Source: an uncultured Gemmatimonadales bacterium (GTDB taxonomy: Bacteria > Gemmatimonadota > Gemmatimonadetes > Longimicrobiales > RSA9). From it: 64,000 nt of DNA. This document shows positions 28,817-38,701 of this stretch, in pieces. Each line of letters starts with the position of its first letter. Positions within the stretch are counted from its first letter, which is position 1. Location of the stretch: the NCBI GenBank assembly GCA_963798085.1, contig CAWCRS010000003.1, positions 512,001-576,000 of the forward strand. Direction: 5' to 3'. Under the pieces are notes generated by a model that worked only from the letters and a program-made list of their open reading frames with translations, did not search any database and was not told where the DNA came from. The translations under genes were made by a program, and so were the position numbers.

Positions 28817-29578
28817 TCAGGCCATTTCCGGCAGCAGTCTTCGCCGAAGGAGCAGGCCCCCAATGATATCTATGGCGCTGTGTGCGATCATGGACGGCCA
28901 GATGCTCCCTGAGAGGACAAGTGGAATGGCCAGGAGCGAGCCGAGCAAGCCGGCTCTCATCGCACCCGCAGGATGCTGATACGCGTGCATCCAGCCGAAA
29001 GCCACGCTGCTCACCAGCAGCGCGAGGATCTGTGAGCCCCAGGCAATCCGCAACGCAACCAGCAGAAAACCGCGAAATACCAACTCTTCGCCGAATCCCG
29101 CGCTGAGGCTGAGGCCCGCGAACGCGACCTTCTCGCTGCCACTGGCTGGCAACAGGCGACGCAGAAACGCGGATTCACGCACGCCCAGCGCGCGGGCCGC
29201 GAGCATGATGCCGACCCCACCGGCCGTCGCGGCTGCCGCCCATGCCAGCAGCACTGCCGGCGACAGGGCCCGTAGCCCCAGCTGTGCCAGCGGGACGCCA
29301 CTGGTGCGTGCCATGGTGGCCGTGACTACGGCGAGCACCCAGATCGACACCGCGGAAGAAGCGTAGACCGGGAGTCGTGGCAGTCGCGCCGGATCTCCCG
29401 CTGCGTGCAACTGCCAGGACGCAAGCCAGGGAAGTCCGACCAGCAGCAGGACTGTCCAGACGCGGGCCGGCCATGGCAGGTGCCCCAGGAGAAAAAGCAG
29501 CAGTATGCCAGCGGCCACCGGCCACCAGCGCGTCAAAGCCGTCGGTCGGGCGGGCGGACCAACCGTCTGTTCGGTCAC
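28817..29578 (-). CDS. CPBP (CAAX/Abi) intramembrane glutamic protease
   Basis: EELVFRG, FGWMH, AHSAID motifs. Confidence 0.88.
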   Translation of the reverse strand: MTEQTVGPPARPTALTRWWPVAAGILLLFLLGHLPWPARVWTVLLLVGLPWLASWQLHAAGDPARLPRLPVYASSAVSIWVLAVVTATMARTSGVPLAQLGLRALSPAVLLAWAAAATAGGVGIMLAARALGVRESAFLRRLLPASGSEKVAFAGLSLSAGFGEELVFRGFLLVALRIAWGSQILALLVSSVAFGWMHAYQHPAGAMRAGLLGSLLAIPLVLSGSIWPSMIAHSAIDIIGGLLLRRRLLPEMA

Positions 29579-29585
29579 GGCGGCA

Positions 29586-30535
29586 TCAGCGCGCGGCAGC
29601 CGGGGTGCGGTCGCCGCCAGCAGAGTCGCCTGACAGCCAGTTGTAGATCCGTGGCGCCAGCAACACGGAGAGGCTTCCCAGCAGGGCACCGGCGCAGACA
29701 TCGGTGGCGTAGTGGAAACCACCGTACACAGCACCGCAGGCGAGGCCGAGTGCGAGCAGGCCGATAAGAGGCGTCAGCGGCCGCAGGAAGCGGAAGACGA
29801 TGAGCGTCTGTGCCACCGAAACCCCAACGTGAGACGAAGGAAAGGCGGCCCCGCGGCTGGATCCGACCTCGAGCATGTGGTGTGTGAAACGAAACACCGA
29901 GCCGGTCGCAATCACACCTGCAGGCGCTGCAAACTCGTAACGCGGTCCCTCCACCGGAAACCGATGAAAAACAGGTAGTGAACCAGGAACGCGAGCAGCA
30001 GCGCGAAGACCGCCTGGCGAAACGCCGGGCGCCCCGATTTCCACCAGATCAGGAAGGGCGGCGCGAAAATGATGAAGTAGTACGACAGGTATGCAGCGTG
30101 GAGCATTTCGGAGAGTGGCAGCACGGGCATGCTGGCGGCCCACGCCCGGCTCGGTTGTCCCCCGAAAAAAGTCACTTCCAGGTGCTGGATCAGCGGGTCG
30201 AAGTAGCGTCCGTTCCAGATGGCGGAGTTGAGTGCAGGCAACTCCTCGTAAAGAAAGGGAATGAGCGCCAGCGGGTAGCAGTCGGCGAGCACGGACCATG
30301 CGCGCGGCCACGAGCGCGAGAGTCGCATGCCAATGCCACTCGCCGGTGGCAGGCCGAGCAGCAGCCATGCGGCGAGCGCGTGAATAGCGGCGATCCAGGG
30401 CCACGTCGACGGCCGGTGCGGGAACAGCAGCGGTAGGATGCCAGACGCGGCGTAGGCACCTAACAGCCGGTCAACGGGCCGGGCCGTGACCTCACCCCGG
30501 TGCAGACCCGCTGTCAAGGAAGTGGTCCCGGTCAC
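29586..30535 (-). CDS. AUR1/IPC-synthase-like PAP2 membrane phosphotransferase (frameshift near 29959)
   Basis: N-terminal half in the 29912..31477 frame (..AYLSYY..), C-terminal half in the 29586 frame: FPVEGPR, AAFPSSH, HYATD. One base is missing in a homopolymer. Confidence 0.8.
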
Positions 30536-30540
30536 CCGCG

Positions 30541-31739
30541 TCAGCTGGCCATCGCGTTGCCGAGTGGCTTTTCGAAAACCCGATAGGTCTTGTAGATCCG
30601 CGCACCCACTCTGGTGAGGGCGTTCAGCATTCCGGCGTTGTCCTCGAGAATCCACGAACACTCGCCCTCGAAATAACCGGCGCGATTGCCTTCCCGGAAG
30701 ATCCACAGGATGAGGAGGGCGTCGAGACCCTTGTTGCGGAAAGTGGGTTTGACACCCAGCGTGAGCGTGCGTGCCGAATGTGATCTTCCGCTTGTACCAC
30801 AGCAGTTTGAGGATGCCGAACGGCAACAGCCGTCCGTTCATGCGGCGCAACACCTGGTTATAGTCGGGCAGCGCGAGCGCGAACCCGGCTGGCTCGTCCC
30901 CGACAAAGGCCAGACAGCAGAGGTTCGGGTTGACGACCGGCTTCAGCTGGTGCGCCAGATGCCGGATTTCCTCGGGGGTCATGGGGACGAAGCCCCAGTT
31001 GCGCTCCCAGGCGCTGTTGTAGATCTCCTGGATCAGCTCGACTTCCTCGTCGAGCTTTTCCATCTGAATGGGCCGCATGCGGACATTCGCCCTGGCCATG
31101 AGCCGTTCCGCCGTACGCGTATGCCGATCGCGTTCGGTGCCTTCGATCCAAAGTGCCACCAGGTCCTTCGACTTGATGTAGCCGGCCCGGTCCAGCAGAC
31201 GTGCGTAGTAGCCCGGCGTGTGGCCCATCATGATGGCGGGCGGCCTGTCGAAGCCGTCGATGAGCACGCCAGGTGACCACAGCTCGTCGTTGGTCGAGAG
31301 GTTCATGGGCCCGCGCACGACGGTGGCACCCCGCTCGCGCACCCAGCTCTCCGCCGTTTCCAACAGCTTGTTTGCCACTGCCTGGTCATCAATGCACTCG
31401 AACAGCCCGAAGAAGCCGGCATTCTCTTCATGGAATTCGTTGTGAATGCGGTTGTGGATGGCGACAATGCGTCCCACGACGCGACCTTCACGACGGGCCA
31501 GGAAGAGTGCGATTTCGGCGTGCTTCTGAAATGGATGCAGCGGGATTGAGCACGGACTTCATATCGTACAGCAGGGGCGGCACCCACTGCGGGTCAGCCG
31601 CATAGATTTCCCACGGGAGGCGCAGGAATTCGCGGCGCTGCCTGCGTTTGCGAACCGGCTCGATCGTGATCTGCGCCGCTGCGGCGGGCTCGCCGGACGA
31701 CGCAGTGGCTGTCCCCGTGGCGGGGTCCGGCCGGCTCAT
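30541..31739 (-). CDS. YghO/bCerS-like GNAT-fold N-acyltransferase (frameshifts near 31541 and 30778)
   Basis: Reconstructed from three frames: WVPPL, HPF..H, GRIVA, GFFGLFECIDD, GPMNLSTNDE, NWGFVP, PDYN, SWILEDN, KTYR. Confidence 0.82.
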
Positions 31740-32917
31740 GTCACGGCCATGCGCTTGCCCGCCTTCGCGAACGCTTCCAGCACGAAGTCAATGTGATCAT
31801 CGGTGTGCGTGGCCATCAGCGACACACGCAGGCGGCAGGAATTATCCGGCACGGCGGGTGGCGTCACCGGATTCGTGAACACGCCCGCGTCGAACAGCGT
31901 TTTCCAGAAAACGAACATGCGGTCCATGTCACCGACCTGGACCGGTATGATGGGTGTTTCACTGGCGCCAATGTCGTAGCCCATGCTGCGCAGTCCTTCC
32001 TGCATGCGCCGCGTATTGCGCCAGAGCGCGTCCCGCCGCTCCGGCTCGTCCTCAATGATCTCGAGCGCGGCCAGTGCCGCCGCCACCGCTGCGGGCGGAT
32101 TGCTGGCACTGAAGATGAGCGAGCGGGCGTGGTGCTTGAGATAATGGATCACATCCTCCGGACCGGCGACCGCGCCCCCGATGGATGCCAGCGACTTGGA
32201 GAACGTGAGCATCATCAGCGAGACGCGATCTTCCATGTGGAAATGCTGCGCCGTGCCGCCGCCCCGCTCACCCAGCACGCCGAATGCGTGTGCATCATCC
32301 ACCATGATCTCGGCGCCGTAGCGCTCGGCCAGGGCCATGACACCGGGCAGATCGACAATGCTGCCTTCCATCGAGAAGATGCCGTCGGTGACAATGAGCT
32401 TGCCGGCTTCGGATGGCGTACGTGCGAGCTCGCGCTCGAGCGAGCGCAGGTCTCCATGCGGATAGCGGTGCACGGTGCCGAAAGCGAGTCGCGCACCATC
32501 CACGATGCTGGCGTGGTTGAGCTTGTCCGAGAACAGGTGATCCTCACGCTGAACGAGCGCCGAGATCACACCCAGGTTGGTCTGGAAACCGGTGCTGAAT
32601 ACGAGCGCGGCTTCCTGATTCAGGAAGCGCGCGAGTCTTTCCTCGAGCTTCTCGTGGAGATCCAGCGTGCCGTTGAGAAAGCGGCTGCCCGTGCAGCCGC
32701 TGCCATACTTCTTGAGCGCCGCATGCGCGGCGGCAATGACTTTCGGATGATGTGTCAGCCCCAGGTAGTTGTTCGAGCCCACCATGATCTTCTTTTCACC
32801 GCGGATCAGGACTTCGGTGTCGTAGGAAGCTTCGATGGGCACGAAATAGGGATAGTATCCGGCGGCCTGGACCTCCCTGGCCTTCGTGAACCGGTAGCAC
32901 TTTTCGAAAAGGCTCAT
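31736..32917 (-). CDS. spt: alpha-oxoamine synthase, serine palmitoyltransferase-like
   Basis: YPYF, GSNNYLGLT, GSRFLNGT, NHASI, DDAH and PLP-lysine motif TFSKSLASIGG (SPT-type TFSKS rather than BioF/Kbl T(L/F)GKA). Confidence 0.8.
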   Translation of the reverse strand: MSLFEKCYRFTKAREVQAAGYYPYFVPIEASYDTEVLIRGEKKIMVGSNNYLGLTHHPKVIAAAHAALKKYGSGCTGSRFLNGTLDLHEKLEERLARFLNQEAALVFSTGFQTNLGVISALVQREDHLFSDKLNHASIVDGARLAFGTVHRYPHGDLRSLERELARTPSEAGKLIVTDGIFSMEGSIVDLPGVMALAERYGAEIMVDDAHAFGVLGERGGGTAQHFHMEDRVSLMMLTFSKSLASIGGAVAGPEDVIHYLKHHARSLIFSASNPPAAVAAALAALEIIEDEPERRDALWRNTRRMQEGLRSMGYDIGASETPIIPVQVGDMDRMFVFWKTLFDAGVFTNPVTPPAVPDNSCRLRVSLMATHTDDHIDFVLEAFAKAGKRMAVT

Positions 32918-32944
32918 CCTGTCTCCAAAGGCTGAAGCGCGAGG

Positions 32945-33922
32945 CTACAACCAACCGTTTTCCCTGTACCAGCTGGCGGTCTGCTCGAGACCGCCGGCCA
33001 GCGACACTTGTGCGACAAACCCGAGTTCGCGTTGTGCGGTTTCCGTTTCGCACAGCCAGCCCGGGGCGAGGAGCTCGCGCACCTTATCCCGGTTGAACAG
33101 CGAACTAGTTCCAAACAGGCGGCCCGTTGACTCCGCAACCCCTGCCGCGGCAGAGATCACGGCGGCGGGGACACGCACGAGGCGAGCCCGCCGGCCAACT
33201 GCCTTGCCAATGAGCCTTGCCACCTCCTCCCAGGTGTAGACGGCAGGCTCTGCAATGTGAAACAGCCCGCCAGTCGCGGGCCCCTGCGCCGCGCGCACGA
33301 TGGCGTCGGCCAGGTCCGACACGTGCACCAGCTGCAACCTGCGCGGCGGCCCGGCCGGTATAGGCAGAATGCCGAACGAGGCCAACCGAAAAAACCTCAG
33401 GATTTCCCGGTCCCGCGGTCCATAGACGGCCGGGGCGCGCAGTATGAGCACTTCGACCTCGCCGTCCGCCTCACGGGCGGCAGCCTCTCCGGCGAGCTTG
33501 CTCCGGCCATATGCCGTCAACGGCCTGGGCTTGTGATTCGGCCCGACGGGCTGACCGTCCGTACTCGGGCCGGCAGCGGCCAGCGAACTTAGATAGACAA
33601 ACCGCCGGGGTCGGGGGTCGGCGGTACGAGCCGCATACGCCAGGTTGCGAGTACCGGCAGCGTTGACCTGATCGTATTCGTCCACCGAGCGGGCATGCGT
33701 CAAAGCAGCGAGATGCACAACGACATCGACGCCCGCTACCGCCCGCCGAAGCGTGTCCGGGTCACCCAGCGCACCCACGACAACATCGGCGCCGACCTGC
33801 TGGAGCAACCGGGTGTTACTCGTCCGGCGCACCAGTGCCCGGGGGCGGTTCCCGAGCCGGGCGAGGCGTTCGACGACGTGCGATCCGACGAACCCGGTCG
33901 CCCCGGTTAACAAAATCTTCAA
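32945..33922 (-). CDS. NAD-dependent epimerase/dehydratase (extended SDR), candidate ceramide/3-oxo reductase
   Basis: LTGATGFVG, HLAA, SSLAA, YGRSK, VYGPRD. Confidence 0.88.
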   Translation of the reverse strand: MKILLTGATGFVGSHVVERLARLGNRPRALVRRTSNTRLLQQVGADVVVGALGDPDTLRRAVAGVDVVVHLAALTHARSVDEYDQVNAAGTRNLAYAARTADPRPRRFVYLSSLAAAGPSTDGQPVGPNHKPRPLTAYGRSKLAGEAAAREADGEVEVLILRAPAVYGPRDREILRFFRLASFGILPIPAGPPRRLQLVHVSDLADAIVRAAQGPATGGLFHIAEPAVYTWEEVARLIGKAVGRRARLVRVPAAVISAAAGVAESTGRLFGTSSLFNRDKVRELLAPGWLCETETAQRELGFVAQVSLAGGLEQTASWYRENGWL

Positions 33923-34089
33923 ACCGGCCACGCTTCGGCCTCTAAGCTGACGGCGAAGCCAGCAAAAGGCAATGATCCGGGGCCGCTTCCCGCTCCTTGC
34001 CTGACGCCAGTTCCGGCTCGCAGATTCGCGCCGAATCGCGGGTTGCAGCATCCGCCCTGAAGTGATGCATCCACCCCAGGAGGCGCGCC

Positions 34090-34371
34090 TTGCCCTTGCT
34101 CGACGAGAACGAAATCGCACAGGCACTCGCGACGGTCGACGGCTGGATTCGCGAGGGCGCGACCATCCGCCGTACGATCGAGTTCAGTTCCTTCAGGGAT
34201 GCCATGGCGTTCGTGAATCGTGTCGCCGAGCTGGCGGAGCAGGCGAACCACCACCCCGACATCGACATCCGGTACTCGCGCGTCAGCCTGGCACTTTCCA
34301 CGCACAGCGCAGGCGGCCTCACACGACGGGATTTCAGGCTGGCGCACACGATCGACGGCATAACCCGCTGA
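34090..34371 (+). CDS. pterin-4-alpha-carbinolamine dehydratase
   Basis: NHHPDI, THSAGGLT.RD motifs. Confidence 0.92.
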   Translation: MPLLDENEIAQALATVDGWIREGATIRRTIEFSSFRDAMAFVNRVAELAEQANHHPDIDIRYSRVSLALSTHSAGGLTRRDFRLAHTIDGITR

Positions 34372-34417
34372 TCGGCGGTTCGCCCGTACGCTCCTTCGGC
34401 ATTTCCGGTTTCCGGTC

Positions 34418-35755
34418 TCACGACTCGGCCGCGATCGCTGAGTCCAGCACGTTCAGCGCAAAATCGAGCTGATCATCGGTGATTACGGCGGGCGGCGTGA
34501 TCGCCAGTACCTCGCCCCGCTCGCCCTCTGTCAGCACCAGCACGCCCGCTGCCTGTGCGCGAGCGGCGACGCGCGCCGCTGCGCCCTCCTGCATTTCGAC
34601 AGCCTGGAGCAGCCCGACGCCTCGGCATTGCTTCACCTGCTGGAAGCGCGAACGCCAGAGGGCTGCGCGTTGCGCGATGCGGTGGCCGAGTCGCGTTGCG
34701 GCCGCCAGCAATTGCCTGCGCTCGATCTCGTGCAGCTGCGCCAGCGCGGCCGCGCAGGCGGCAGGATTGCCCAGAAACGTGCTCGTATGGATGGCTTCGC
34801 CACGCGATCGCGGCCACGCTGACATTGTGCGTGGACTGCCAATGGCTGCACTCAGCGGCAGGCCGCCGGTCAGCGCTTTCCCGACGCACAGAATATCCGG
34901 CACGACGGACCAGTGTTCGCACGCGAACCAATGCCCCGTGCGGCCGAAGCCCGTGTAGATCTCGTCGAACACGAGTAGCCGGCGCTCGCCATCGCACAGG
35001 TCGCGCAGGCCGGCGAGGAATCCTGGCGTTGGTACGACAATGCCGCCTCGACCCTGGATCGGTTCGACCAGTACGCAGCCGATCGGGGTGTCACTTGAGT
35101 CGGCTTCCTCGAGCATCCCGCGCAGCCTGTCCAGCGCGGCGGCCTCGCGAGCCCGATCGTCGTCGCCTCTCGACTCAGGAAAAGGTGCGAAGCGCACTCC
35201 ATCGAAAAGCTGTCTCTGGAACGGAGCGCGGAAATCGCTCCTGGCGGTGGTGGCGAGTGCGCCGTATGTAAGTCCATGGTATCCACGCTCGAATGCCACG
35301 ATGCCGGGTCGGCCGGTGTACAGGAGCGCAGTCTTGAGCGCCGCCTCGACCGCTTCCGCTCCCGCGCTACCGAGGATGGCTACGCCGAGTTCGCCAGGAG
35401 CGAGCTGAGCAAGGTGCTCGAGCAGTTCCACTTTGACGGCGGCCGGATGCACATCGCCCAGCGCGTGCGGCAGCGCGACCATCTGCGCACCAACCGCATG
35501 CGCCACAGCGGGGTTTGCGTGACCGGCATGGGCTACGCCGAACCCGGCGGTGAGGTCGACGAAGATATTGCCATCCACATCGCGCACGAGGGCGCCGGCG
35601 GCATCGGACCAGAAGACCGGGCCATCGTCGGCGATACGCGTGATGTTGCGGCACTCGACGCGCGCCAGTCGTTCGGCGAGGGCTTTCAATGCAGGGCCGG
35701 GAATGGCGGTACGGATCCGGGCGACTGATTCGGCCGGCAGCTCCGTCGACATCAT
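34418..35755 (-). CDS. class III PLP aminotransferase
   Basis: GAEAVE, YHG, EPIQGRGG, DEIYTGFGRTG, GKALTGG. Confidence 0.92.
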   Translation of the reverse strand: MMSTELPAESVARIRTAIPGPALKALAERLARVECRNITRIADDGPVFWSDAAGALVRDVDGNIFVDLTAGFGVAHAGHANPAVAHAVGAQMVALPHALGDVHPAAVKVELLEHLAQLAPGELGVAILGSAGAEAVEAALKTALLYTGRPGIVAFERGYHGLTYGALATTARSDFRAPFQRQLFDGVRFAPFPESRGDDDRAREAAALDRLRGMLEEADSSDTPIGCVLVEPIQGRGGIVVPTPGFLAGLRDLCDGERRLLVFDEIYTGFGRTGHWFACEHWSVVPDILCVGKALTGGLPLSAAIGSPRTMSAWPRSRGEAIHTSTFLGNPAACAAALAQLHEIERRQLLAAATRLGHRIAQRAALWRSRFQQVKQCRGVGLLQAVEMQEGAAARVAARAQAAGVLVLTEGERGEVLAITPPAVITDDQLDFALNVLDSAIAAES

Positions 35756-35774
35756 TGCGGGGAAAACGGAGCGT

Positions 35775-36230
35775 TCAGTCGCGGCGACGGGCGAGCAGCG
35801 CCGCTACGGTGCCGATCGCCATGCCCGCGATGGCAGCGCCGCCCAGCAGCACAGCCCGCTGGCGCAATTCACCGTCGCGAGCCTCGGCATAGCGCACATT
35901 GTCAGTGGCGCTGGAGGTGCGCGAATCGCCGCGGCCAACGCCGCCGGTCACAGCGACTGGCGACGATGCATCCGATGCGTGTGCGTCAGAGGTCAGGGTG
36001 CGCTGCGCGCCGCAGTCGGCGCACACCGTCTGTCCGGTGCGCCGGGCCAAGCGGTTCTCGTAATTGAGGTCGCCGCCACAACGTTCGCAATGGCTTCCCG
36101 AGGCGAGTGGCTTCACCGATTCGTACAACGCACGACGCGACAGGTCGAAGCGCGCCGCGATTTCCGCCACGGACGCATCCGACTCCCAGTAAAGGTGATT
36201 CGCTTCCGTGGCTGCACGGCCAGCGGTCAT
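35775..36230 (-). CDS. hypothetical protein: HTH-like N-terminus, CxxC..CxxC zinc ribbon, C-terminal TM helix
   Basis: SVAEIAARFDLSRRALY; CERCG..CADCG; hydrophobic tail ending RRRD; GGAGG RBS. Confidence 0.7.
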   Translation of the reverse strand: MTAGRAATEANHLYWESDASVAEIAARFDLSRRALYESVKPLASGSHCERCGGDLNYENRLARRTGQTVCADCGAQRTLTSDAHASDASSPVAVTGGVGRGDSRTSSATDNVRYAEARDGELRQRAVLLGGAAIAGMAIGTVAALLARRRD

Positions 36231-36437
36231 GGGCGCCTCCGGGATTGATGGGCAGTCATGATATAGCTGGGTGCGGGTCGCGGGCCAAGTCCGCAGGGAT
36301 CGGACCAGGGACGACGGATCGGCCCGGCTGCGCGGTTCGCGACTGCGTCCCGGCTGCTGGGCAGGCGTTGCCAGCGCGGAAGACGCGGTGCAGGATTCGC
36401 CCTCATTCGGCAACGCAACGACATGGAGGACGTACAC

Positions 36438-37364
36438 GTGGAATCGGGCCGGCTGCGCCCGCGCGCGCTGCGCGCCGGGTCACGTGTCGCGCTGGTGGCG
36501 CCAGCGGGGCCGTGCACGGAGGAGCGCATCGAGGAAGCGACAGGACGTTGCGCCGCGCTTGGCCTGGAATCGGTGACGGGGAAATTCGTACGAGAGCGCC
36601 GCGGCTACCTCGCGGGCACCGACGAGCAGCGCCTTGCAGATCTTGACTGGGCCTTCCGCGACCCCGGCATTGACGGCGTGTGGGCGTTGCGCGGCGGATA
36701 CGGAACGATGCGTCTGCTGGACCGTCTCGATATGAGCGCGATCCGTTCCCGGCCGCGGGCTTTCATCGGCTTCAGTGATAACACCGCATTGCATCAGCTG
36801 CTGGCGCGCGCCGGTGTCGTGTCCTTTCTTGGCCCTCATGCAGGGGGACCGTTTCCGGTCTTCTCCCGCGCAGCGCTGCACAGTACGCTGTTCGATGCCT
36901 CGCCGGCCGGCGTGCTCCGCATTCCGGCGGGCGGTACGCCCTGTGCTCTCGTGCCCGGTCGAGCCGAAGGGCGGCTGATGGGTGGCAACCTGACAATGCT
37001 GGCGTCTCTCTGCGGGTCGCCGTTTGCTCTGCGCGCCGAGGGGGCCGTGGTGGTACTCGAGGATGTCAACGAGCCGGCCTACCGTATCGACCGCGCCCTC
37101 ACGCAGCTGCGACTGTCCGGCGCACTGACAGGCGCGAAGGCCATGGTGCTGGGCGGCTTTACTCAGGAAAATGGCGCTACGGCCGGGTCCGGGCAGGACA
37201 TCATCGAAGTGCTGACGGAATTGACGAGACCATTCGCGATTCCGGTTCTGGCCGGGATGCCGTTCGGGCATGTGCAGGAGCAGTGGTGCCTGCCGCTGGG
37301 AGCGCGGGCCATCGTCGACGCGGACGCGGGGACGGTCGAAATTCTGGAGCCGGCGGTCGCATGA
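36438..37364 (+). CDS. ldcA: LD-carboxypeptidase (S66)
   Basis: RGGYG, GFSDNT, GGNL, LEDVNE, FGH. Confidence 0.9.
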   Translation: MESGRLRPRALRAGSRVALVAPAGPCTEERIEEATGRCAALGLESVTGKFVRERRGYLAGTDEQRLADLDWAFRDPGIDGVWALRGGYGTMRLLDRLDMSAIRSRPRAFIGFSDNTALHQLLARAGVVSFLGPHAGGPFPVFSRAALHSTLFDASPAGVLRIPAGGTPCALVPGRAEGRLMGGNLTMLASLCGSPFALRAEGAVVVLEDVNEPAYRIDRALTQLRLSGALTGAKAMVLGGFTQENGATAGSGQDIIEVLTELTRPFAIPVLAGMPFGHVQEQWCLPLGARAIVDADAGTVEILEPAVA

Positions 37365-37434
37365 CCTGCGAACCGGCGCATGGGCCGGTGCGCAAGCGTG
37401 ACTCGGCATCGTCGCCTGAACAGTGGATATGCTG

Positions 37435-38028
37435 ATGAGCGACCACCGGATCTACACGCGTACCGGTGACGCCGGCGAAACCGGCCTCTTCGGCGGCGGC
37501 CGCGTTTCGAAGTCGCATCCGCGTGTCGAGGCCTACGGCGGTGTGGATGAGCTGAACGCATCACTGGGCTGGGCGCTCACGCAACTGCGCGACGACTGGA
37601 TCCGCGCGCGGCTGCGACAGATTCAGACAGTGCTGTTCACGGTCGGCGCGCATCTGGCCACGCCTGCGGAACGCGAGGGTCGGCCTCGCCCCGAGTTGCC
37701 GGAACTGCCCGAGTCGCTGCCCGCCGACATGGAGACATGGATCGATGAAGCCGAAGGTGAACTGTCGTCGCTGCGCTCGTTCATCCTGCCGGGCGGCGCA
37801 CCGGGCGCGGCCGCCCTGCATGTGGCTCGCACGGTCTGCCGGCGGGCCGAGCGCGGGGTGGTAGAGCTGAGCCAGTCGGAGCCCGTAGAGCCGCTGGTTG
37901 TCGTTCTGCTGAATCGATTGTCGGACTTTCTTTTCGTGGCTGCACGGCGGGAGAACCGAATCAGCGGGCGCGAGGATGTGCCCTGGGATCCTGCGGGTCG
38001 CGGAGAGAAGCTGGAGCGCGGCGGATAG
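37435..38028 (+). CDS. PduO-type cob(I)alamin adenosyltransferase
   Basis: IYTRTGDAGET, YGGVDELN, FILPGG, RTVCRRAER, NRLSD. Confidence 0.93.
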   Translation: MSDHRIYTRTGDAGETGLFGGGRVSKSHPRVEAYGGVDELNASLGWALTQLRDDWIRARLRQIQTVLFTVGAHLATPAEREGRPRPELPELPESLPADMETWIDEAEGELSSLRSFILPGGAPGAAALHVARTVCRRAERGVVELSQSEPVEPLVVVLLNRLSDFLFVAARRENRISGREDVPWDPAGRGEKLERGG

Positions 38029-38621
38029 TGGAGGAGGACCGCGCCCAGGCAATGGCGACCCGGCTGCGTCGGTCCGCGGAACGGGCCGGGATCGATGGTA
38101 CGGCAATCGGCGATCTGAGTGTTGCGTATGAGAAGATCGTGCGCCTGCGTTCAGCGGCCTTTCCGGACCCCGGCGAACAGGCACTGCTGCACCCTGCGCG
38201 AACCGCGTTGATCCTGCTCGAGGACCTGACGGTCATCGACGTCGCCATGCTGTGCGCCGGGCTGTGGTACGACTCGCTGCGTGCTGACCTCTGCCTGCCG
38301 GCGGTGGAGGCACGCAGTCTGTCACCGGAAGGCGCCGCGGCACTGCTGGCGTCGCTTCCTCCTGACGGACTCGAAGACGCCGAGCTGCTGGAGCAGCTTG
38401 TCGTCGCCGATTCGCGGGTACTGCTGATTGCGCTGGCGGAACGGCTGGACCACGCGCGGCACCTTCATCTCATGCCGCGCGAAGAGTGGACCGATTTCCA
38501 TCGCCAGGTGCGCGACATCCATTTGCCGCTGGCGCAACGGGCGCACCCCAGGCTGGCGCGTCGTTATGATTGGTGGACTGCAACCTTCGCGCGCCGCTTT
38601 CTCGAGAACCCGACAAGCTGA
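38028..38621 (+). CDS. degenerate HD_4 (RelA/SpoT hydrolase-like) domain protein
   Basis: HP..TALIL, AGLWYD (where AALLHD is expected), IALAERLDHAR (where IKLADRLHNMR is expected). Confidence 0.6.
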   Translation: MEEDRAQAMATRLRRSAERAGIDGTAIGDLSVAYEKIVRLRSAAFPDPGEQALLHPARTALILLEDLTVIDVAMLCAGLWYDSLRADLCLPAVEARSLSPEGAAALLASLPPDGLEDAELLEQLVVADSRVLLIALAERLDHARHLHLMPREEWTDFHRQVRDIHLPLAQRAHPRLARRYDWWTATFARRFLENPTS

Positions 38622-38701
38622 TGCGCACTTGCGGCCCGACCCGACCGCGTGCAGACTCTTCGCGGAATTGAACCAGCCGATGTCGGCGGAGGAGCCAGGC
38701 A

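Noticed and set aside
29912..31477. 521-aa ORF that looks like a GNAT-PAP2 fusion
   Set aside because: Artefact: a +1 indel near 30778 runs the GNAT frame into the next gene. The real GNAT C-terminus (SWILEDN..KTYR) ends at 30541 in another frame.
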